Source of the DNA: Candidatus Heimdallarchaeota archaeon | GTDB lineage: Archaea > Asgardarchaeota > Heimdallarchaeia > Heimdallarchaeales > Heimdallarchaeaceae | Assembly: GCA_018238545.1 (NCBI GenBank) | Contig: JABCTC010000013.1 | Span: 1,719-65,718, forward strand | Length of the DNA stretch: 64,000 nucleotides | Reading direction: 5' to 3' | Shown here: positions 58,452 to 64,000 of the stretch, piece after piece | How the letters are laid out: the number at the start of each line of letters is the position of its first letter | Position numbering within the stretch: position 1 is the stretch's first letter | Position numbers and translations under genes: made by a program | Notes under the pieces: generated by a model | The model's input: only the letters and a program-made list of their open reading frames with translations | Databases searched by the model: none | What the model was told of the DNA's origin: nothing

Positions 58452-59042
58452 GCAAGTGAGGTATTTCCATTCTCTGCTGTCTATGGGTGCTTCCTGTAAA
58501 GAAGGTGACGAGAGCGATTGTTTTTCTCAGTATTGCAATAAACCAATTTTTTTGTAAATTAGGAAAGCAAAAGAATTCCTACTTCAAACAGCAAAGAAGA
58601 AAATTGTAGGCTTCTGATTAGAAGCCCCGTTTTCAATAATTGAAACATTCAAATTACAGGAGCTAATTTAATAAACTGCAATATTAACACTTTGTAGAAG
58701 TTCTATTCCCTTAAAACCGTTTTTTATCTCATTATTTGCAATAATTATTGTCCCTACATTAACTTCTTCAATTTGTATACCTATACCATTGTGGGTGTTT
58801 TTACAATTTCTTATTATGTAGAAGCTCGTTGTATAAGCTATTCTTATTCCAGATTTTTCACCATTAATGTTCTTGTTTTCAATAATAAAGGTTGACTGCT
58901 GTTCCATTTCTGATTCATTTTGTATACAATTTTGTAAACTTAAATTCCAAGAGTAATAATCTATTGTAATGGGAATGGATGCTGATTATATTGTGAGTAG
59001 TGTCACTAGGAATTTCAATGGTATTTTTCTTCGTTTTCCCAT

Positions 59043-59064
59043 CTCTTCAAGAACTTGAAGAGAT
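59043..59064. terminator. 10-bp perfect hairpin 33 nt downstream of the cofE stop
   Basis: tctcttcaag-aa-cttgaagaga. No strong T-tract on the cofE strand, so this is weak as an intrinsic terminator. Confidence 0.25.
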
Positions 59065-59096
59065 TCTTATTAGTTCTTCTGCCCTTCCTATTCTTA

Positions 59097-59933
59097 CTAG
59101 TATTTTACCTTTTCATTTCTTTTTTGTTGAAGAAGATTGTTCTCAATTCCCTTTCTCTCTTTGCTAAGATTGGATAAGATTTCACGCTTCAGTAGAATAC
59201 GGTCATCTTCAAACTGAAGTTCCTCAATATCCGAAACAATTGATCGTTGTTTTAATCCCTTTATTATTGCAACAGGTATCATCTCTCCAGCTTGACCCAT
59301 CACTAGTTCAGCTGCCGAACACACTTCATCAGCCAAAGCCACAATTGTTGATTTAAGCTTGTACCCAAAAATATCATCTCTTCCTTTCGCATCATCTATA
59401 ACTGAAAAATTGTAGGAGCCAATTGCTACGTTGATTGCTCCACGCCTTAAGGCTCTACCATGAGTATCGGCTATTAATAAAGATAGATTTTTTTGAAAAG
59501 TTTCAGATAATTTCTTACCAATGAAAGTTGCTGATTTACTAGAATCAATTGGAAGAATCACAGCACAGTTAGGTTGGGCATTTGATTGATCTACTGCAGA
59601 GTTAGCACAAATCCATCCTTGTTTGGTTTTTGTTATGATGACATTATTTCTTACTTTTAGAATCTTTGAAGCTTCTGATAATATAAGCTCAACAAGAGAG
59701 GGATCTTTGCCTGTTTTTCTTGCAATCAATTCAGCAATGGGTGAAGGGTTAAGGGAGGGCAGATAAAATTCCATGCCTTCAGCTCTAGAGATTATTGTAT
59801 GGGCAATTACTATTATGTCACCATCTGATATTTGAATGGTTGTTTTCTGAATGGAATCAACAATAAGATCCGCTATATCATCGTCTTTCTTAATTATTGG
59901 TAATTCCAATGGAATGATCTCAATATGGTGCAT
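59097..59933 (-). CDS. cofE: coenzyme F420-0:L-glutamate ligase CofE
   Basis: DGDIIVIAHTIISRAEG, GWICANSAVDQSNAQP, LIADTHGRALRRG: CofE family hallmarks. Confidence 0.75.
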   Translation of the reverse strand: MHHIEIIPLELPIIKKDDDIADLIVDSIQKTTIQISDGDIIVIAHTIISRAEGMEFYLPSLNPSPIAELIARKTGKDPSLVELILSEASKILKVRNNVIITKTKQGWICANSAVDQSNAQPNCAVILPIDSSKSATFIGKKLSETFQKNLSLLIADTHGRALRRGAINVAIGSYNFSVIDDAKGRDDIFGYKLKSTIVALADEVCSAAELVMGQAGEMIPVAIIKGLKQRSIVSDIEELQFEDDRILLKREILSNLSKERKGIENNLLQQKRNEKVKY

Positions 59934-59954
59934 TTAATTCACCGATGATGGAAG

Positions 59955-61010
59955 TTATGCCGATTCTATGGGAGCTAAGGATTTAGCTATTTTTCTTTTT
60001 AATGATGATAATTTGACAGCAGGAGCTAATGTTTCTTCCCATTTACTTTTATCAATTTTCTTTACATCTAACAGATTTTCTTTAAGAGCGAATTCGAATA
60101 ACTCTTTTCCCGCTTTGGTTCTTAATAGAATGATGTTGCTATCATCATCAACACCAATATTACCAATTGAGATATCTGCAAATTCTGCAGCAAAATCTTG
60201 GCAATATTTACATCCCTCTGCTTTAGCAGCACCACATTCTTTGATTTTTATGTCTGTTCTGCCATCAGGATGTTCAAAAAAGAATTTCCCACGAGCACAA
60301 TCGGTTTTTGTAAGATCGGGTGCAGAGAGACCCAAACTGCTAGAAATAATATCTCTAAAACCAACTGGATCATAGCTGCTCATACAGAACAAGCCTATTT
60401 TGTATTTTACTCTAAAATCTGCTCCAAGATTTTTCATTTCCATTATATTAGTTAAAGTTTCATTATGACAAGGTAAACCAACTGCTGCAACTTTTTTCTT
60501 GTTACTTAGTTTAATAGATGGAAGTTTTATCAGAACCGGATTAAGAGTATATTTAGATTTTGATGATTTTCGGATATCGAACTCAGAAAGTGCTAACATT
60601 GGCACGGGGCTTAATAGATCACTTCCATGAGCGGTCACTAGCGAGCTATCAATTTTTCCCTTCTTCATAGCTGTTAAGAGCAAAGTAGTTACAATACCAC
60701 CATTTTGTGATCTAGAATGAATTTCTTCATCTTTAGTTTTTCCTGTATAAACCTCCAAAATAGGTCCAATCTCCTCTGCAGGGTAGGTTGGTTGTTCAAC
60801 TTTTTGTTTAAATCGTAAACATATATCTACACAAGCTCCACAAGAAATACAAGCTCCAACAAGCTTTGGTTTTAGTTGCTCAATTGCAATAACATAAACA
60901 GGACAAACTGCCTCACACCCTCCACATGAAACACAATAACCTGGCTTAATTACTTCACGGTTTAGCATTGCAAAATTTCTCTTTCTTTTTCTTGGCTCTT
61001 TATCGCTCAT
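59955..61010 (-). CDS. FrhB/FdhB/FpoF-family F420-binding Fe-S oxidoreductase subunit with N-terminal 2x[4Fe-4S] ferredoxin domain
   Basis: CVSCGGCEAVCP and CISCGACVDIC ferredoxin motifs. C-terminal ~250 aa with additional Cys (CAAKAEGCKYCQD). Next to cofE. Confidence 0.5.
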   Translation of the reverse strand: MSDKEPRKRKRNFAMLNREVIKPGYCVSCGGCEAVCPVYVIAIEQLKPKLVGACISCGACVDICLRFKQKVEQPTYPAEEIGPILEVYTGKTKDEEIHSRSQNGGIVTTLLLTAMKKGKIDSSLVTAHGSDLLSPVPMLALSEFDIRKSSKSKYTLNPVLIKLPSIKLSNKKKVAAVGLPCHNETLTNIMEMKNLGADFRVKYKIGLFCMSSYDPVGFRDIISSSLGLSAPDLTKTDCARGKFFFEHPDGRTDIKIKECGAAKAEGCKYCQDFAAEFADISIGNIGVDDDSNIILLRTKAGKELFEFALKENLLDVKKIDKSKWEETLAPAVKLSSLKRKIAKSLAPIESA

Positions 61011-61127
61011 TTCAAATCATCTCTAGTAAAGATTAAACTGAATTGGATTAATCCATTTTTAAACTATGCGAGAGGGATATGTACAAAAAATAGAAGAAAA
61101 TAGATGAAAAATTAAGAAAATAGGAAA

Positions 61128-62288
61128 TTAAACTTCTTCCAATTCATCAAGAAGATATCTTTCGCTACCAGATTGTCTGGATTGTATCGCTAATTCCCTT
61201 TCAGAGATAATTTCTCTTTCAAGTCTATCTAGGGCTACGGCATGTGCACTAAAGACTCCATAGCCTTCTGCTTTAGCTACATAAGTGTAGCCTTTGTCTG
61301 TGGATATTCTCAATCTTATCTGATAGAGAACAAAACCTCTAAACTTCTTCTTTGGTATAGATTTAGCGTGGATAAATAATTGCCCAGAATTACCAATCAC
61401 TGAAGCAAATTTCTTTACAAGATCTACTCCCATCTCAACGATTGGTTCCATATCTTCGTCATCAACATCTCCAATTACTCTCACATAGTATCCTTCAGTC
61501 TTAGGCGGGATACTTACTGTTTCGAGAAGGTCTGTAGTTGTTAAAACTCCAACGGGGTGATTTTCTTCATTTATTATTATTAGTGTTTTATGATTAGTTT
61601 TGAAAAGCTTACTTATAGCTTCAAGAACCAGCTCGTTCTCTTTACAACTAACCACTTCTTCAGTCATAATATCTTTAATTGGAGCAATAAGTGGCGTATG
61701 TTGTAAAGCTGACCTATCACCCCTAGTTTGTTTAGTGGGAAAAGTAGGAATTAGAAGCTCAGCCATATCATGAGGACTAACAATGCCTAATAAGTAATTA
61801 TTTTCATCTACAACAGGTGCCCTAGAAATATTATTTGTCCTAGATATTGCGATTAATCTTGCTGCCGTAGTATCAGGACTTACACATATGGGATTTGGTG
61901 TCATTACATCTTTCACAGTGTTATCTTTAAATAAAACAGCAGAGACCCTAATGACATCGATATCCCTATAGACACCAATGATTTTTCCCTCGTCTTCGAT
62001 AGGAACGGTATTTATCTTTGCGGATAAAAGAGCTCTTGCTATATCATCAACAGAGGAGTTTTTCTTAACGGTGGGGACTTTTTGGAGTAAGTTGGATACT
62101 TTAGTATCAGGTTGTATTCTAGATTGTCTAGTTATATTTTTCTTTGTAAGATAGCCAAAGAAAGTGCCCTTTTCATCAAAAACTAGAAGTTCACGTATAT
62201 TTTCCTTAAAATATTCAAACACTTTTGATATTGGTTCATCAAGATTGATTGAAGTATACTCAGAAACAATTGATAACTCAGTACTCAT
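61128..62288 (-). CDS. tandem CBS-domain protein (4 CBS modules) with C-terminal ~90-aa domain
   Basis: Four repeats of the CBS pattern (hydrophobic-x-V/I-x-D...G-I-V/I-T/S-x-x-D). Confidence 0.65.
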   Translation of the reverse strand: MSTELSIVSEYTSINLDEPISKVFEYFKENIRELLVFDEKGTFFGYLTKKNITRQSRIQPDTKVSNLLQKVPTVKKNSSVDDIARALLSAKINTVPIEDEGKIIGVYRDIDVIRVSAVLFKDNTVKDVMTPNPICVSPDTTAARLIAISRTNNISRAPVVDENNYLLGIVSPHDMAELLIPTFPTKQTRGDRSALQHTPLIAPIKDIMTEEVVSCKENELVLEAISKLFKTNHKTLIIINEENHPVGVLTTTDLLETVSIPPKTEGYYVRVIGDVDDEDMEPIVEMGVDLVKKFASVIGNSGQLFIHAKSIPKKKFRGFVLYQIRLRISTDKGYTYVAKAEGYGVFSAHAVALDRLEREIISERELAIQSRQSGSERYLLDELEEV

Positions 62289-62364
62289 AAGCTAATATAA
62301 GTTTTTATGATTATAAAAGATTCTTATTAGTTGAAGGAAAGCAGAAAAAATGGAGGAAGTCTTT

Positions 62365-62952
62365 CTAAAGTATGTATTCCATTCTAAATTTAAGGTGTTC
62401 TTCGCTAAATTGCTTTCCCAACCTCCCAGCATGGTAAAATAGTTTATCCACGTTATGTGCTGAAAGTGCAGATGTTTCTACATAGTCGAATCTGTGTAGT
62501 TTTGCAAAAGCTATAGCATCATCGCGGGATACTGCTCTCGCATCTTTCAGGTCATATTTGTTTCCACATAGAATAATAGGGATGTCAGGCACTCTTGAAA
62601 GAACTTCATTTGTCCAGATATCAACATCATCAAAGGAATTTTGATTTGTTATATCAAAAACAATGATTGCACAGGTAGCACCTACATAATATTTAGGACG
62701 AAGATAAGTGAACATTTCTTGACCACCTGTATCCCAACAACTAAGTCTAATAGTTTCAGGATCAGTATATATTTTCTTTTGCATATTCTCATTCAACAAT
62801 TCTGGTGTAAAAGTTAATGTTTTTGTTAACCAACTTACACCTAGCGTTGGTATGTAACTGTGAATAAATGTATTTAGCGTAAATCTTCTTGCTAATGAAG
62901 TCTTTCCAACAAATGCTGAACCCACACATATTATTTTTTGTAACTGCTTCAT
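62365..62952 (-). CDS. Ras/Rab-like small GTPase
   Basis: G1 GSAFVGKTS, G3 WDTGGQE, G4 GNKYDL, G5 ETSAL. 4-bp gap to the upstream longin-like gene. Confidence 0.85.
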   Translation of the reverse strand: MKQLQKIICVGSAFVGKTSLARRFTLNTFIHSYIPTLGVSWLTKTLTFTPELLNENMQKKIYTDPETIRLSCWDTGGQEMFTYLRPKYYVGATCAIIVFDITNQNSFDDVDIWTNEVLSRVPDIPIILCGNKYDLKDARAVSRDDAIAFAKLHRFDYVETSALSAHNVDKLFYHAGRLGKQFSEEHLKFRMEYIL

Positions 62953-62956
62953 TTTT

Positions 62957-63808
62957 TTATCTCCACACTACATCTAATAAATCTTGAATCAAACCTAATC
63001 CATCCAATCTCTGCCATTCTACTTTCATTGCCACAGGCACTCTCTGAGCAATTATGTACCTTAATCCTTCTTCTCCCATCTCTTTTTGTAAACAATCTAG
63101 CATATTCCTAAGAAAATATATGAATTCTCTCTTAATCTCACTTGTTGTAATTTTCTTTATATCAGCTTCATGGATATCAAATCCCTCTTCAAGTGTCAGA
63201 GAATAAACTTCCTTTAGATAAGAATGGTTTTCATCTAAATATGCTTGTAAATTTTTACTGAACTTCTTATAAAAATCTTCTATTTTTATTGAGTCTCTTT
63301 CATCAATATATCTTTTTATCCCAATCCAGATAGAATTTAAGATGTTTTCAAACACCTCTACAAGATTCCTTTTATCAATATCCTCAATATGAAGATCTAA
63401 AACATTCCACAACAAAAATGAGTGAGAAAGTGACTCTGATACTTCACGTCTCCTAATCCCTTCTAATTCTTGTAAAAACTCATTTGAACTATTTTCATCT
63501 TTAACTTCAAATGCATTCAAAAAAAGTTTCATAAAGAAAAACAATTGGGAAGAAACCATTTCCAATGAATAATTTGGAGGGCTAAGCAAGATAAACAAGA
63601 ATGAGTATTTACACATAAACAGAATTTGTGTATTACCAAATTTCAAAACTTGAAGTTCTTCTAAATTAGGGTTATTTTCAGCTTCAGAATAAAATTGAAG
63701 TAAAAATTTAACTATGTCGTCTACGTCTTGATCCTCTTTTTGAATCGCGTGGGGACGACAAAAAAGCACTTCCATTTCATCTTTGTTTATTACGTAGAAG
63801 CCAATCAT
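62957..63808 (-). CDS. longin-like domain protein + helical C-terminal region; putative small-GTPase regulator
   Basis: N-terminal ~110 aa has longin-like secondary-structure order by eye: MIGFYVINKDEMEVLF (beta-hairpin) / DIVKFLLQFYSEAE (helix) / LQVLKFGNTQILFMCKYSFLFILLS (3 strands) / SLEMVSSQLFFFMKLFLNAF (helix). Co-oriented and 4 bp from the GTPase. Confidence 0.4.
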   Translation of the reverse strand: MIGFYVINKDEMEVLFCRPHAIQKEDQDVDDIVKFLLQFYSEAENNPNLEELQVLKFGNTQILFMCKYSFLFILLSPPNYSLEMVSSQLFFFMKLFLNAFEVKDENSSNEFLQELEGIRRREVSESLSHSFLLWNVLDLHIEDIDKRNLVEVFENILNSIWIGIKRYIDERDSIKIEDFYKKFSKNLQAYLDENHSYLKEVYSLTLEEGFDIHEADIKKITTSEIKREFIYFLRNMLDCLQKEMGEEGLRYIIAQRVPVAMKVEWQRLDGLGLIQDLLDVVWR

Positions 63809-64000
63809 ATAGCATTACAACCCTACAATATTATAATTAGCTCAATACGCTTAAAAATCTATTTTAAGTATCATATCAAGATGATTAAGGAAATTGTTAT
63901 AACACAAAAGAAAGGAAAAAGAGAGGGATTACTTAAGTGTAACCAATCTTTGGACTTGTAATTTGACTTGGTCGCTTGAACTTTTCACTGATTTTTTCGT

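Noticed and set aside
58668-58907. 79-aa ORF between the TnpB-like gene and cofE, considered as a possible tnpA/IS200 transposase
   Set aside because: No HUH or Y1 transposase motifs. Translation is low-complexity (N/I-rich). Too little evidence to call a gene.
63728-63961. 77-aa plus-strand ORF at the right edge
   Set aside because: Overlaps the 5' end and promoter region of the longin-like gene on the opposite strand. Lys/Ile-rich translation with no motifs.
1-64000. Search for tRNA/rRNA/ncRNA genes in all intergenic gaps >70 bp
   Set aside because: No segment showed a tRNA-like acceptor/T-arm pattern (GTTCRANYC) or rRNA-like conserved blocks. The gaps are AT-rich promoter or terminator spacers.

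Overview
Low-GC (~34%), gene-dense archaeal chromosomal segment with most genes on the minus strand. The content points to an Asgard (Lokiarchaeia-like) archaeon, though this is an inference. Supporting signals: three Ras/Rab-like small GTPases (one directly preceded by a longin-like domain protein), an integrin-like FG-GAP + TSP3 surface protein, and an EF-2 family GTPase whose diphthamide loop is divergent (candidate EF-2 paralog). Recognisable content: two ClC chloride channels flanking archaeal pterin genes (MptE-like HPPK, PTPS-family); an M20 peptidase; an archaeal pilin-like protein; a MrfA/YprA-like DUF1998 helicase; a 4-gene deazaflavin FO operon (amidohydrolase-deaminase, ArfC/RibD-type reductase, cofG, cofH) plus cofE and an FrhB-like Fe-S protein further on; thyX interrupted by a 361-aa LAGLIDADG intein; a frameshifted, oversized TnpB-like gene. 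The most unusual feature is a pair of paralogous, translationally coupled 7-gene operons (31889..44917 and 47036..54959). Each is built around MoxR AAA+ ATPase, DUF58/vWA, DUF4350-like and DUF4129-like membrane proteins plus a SpoIIM-like membrane protein. The first is expanded with a 1225-aa surface giant carrying a C-terminal DUF4129 tail and a 1035-aa transglutaminase-like protein in which the catalytic Cys and His appear to be replaced. This looks like an undescribed archaeal envelope remodelling or quality-control module. Several secreted proteins share a recurring C-terminal anchor or sorting-like tail. No rRNA, tRNA or CRISPR array was recognised. All product calls come from motif reading by eye, without database searches.
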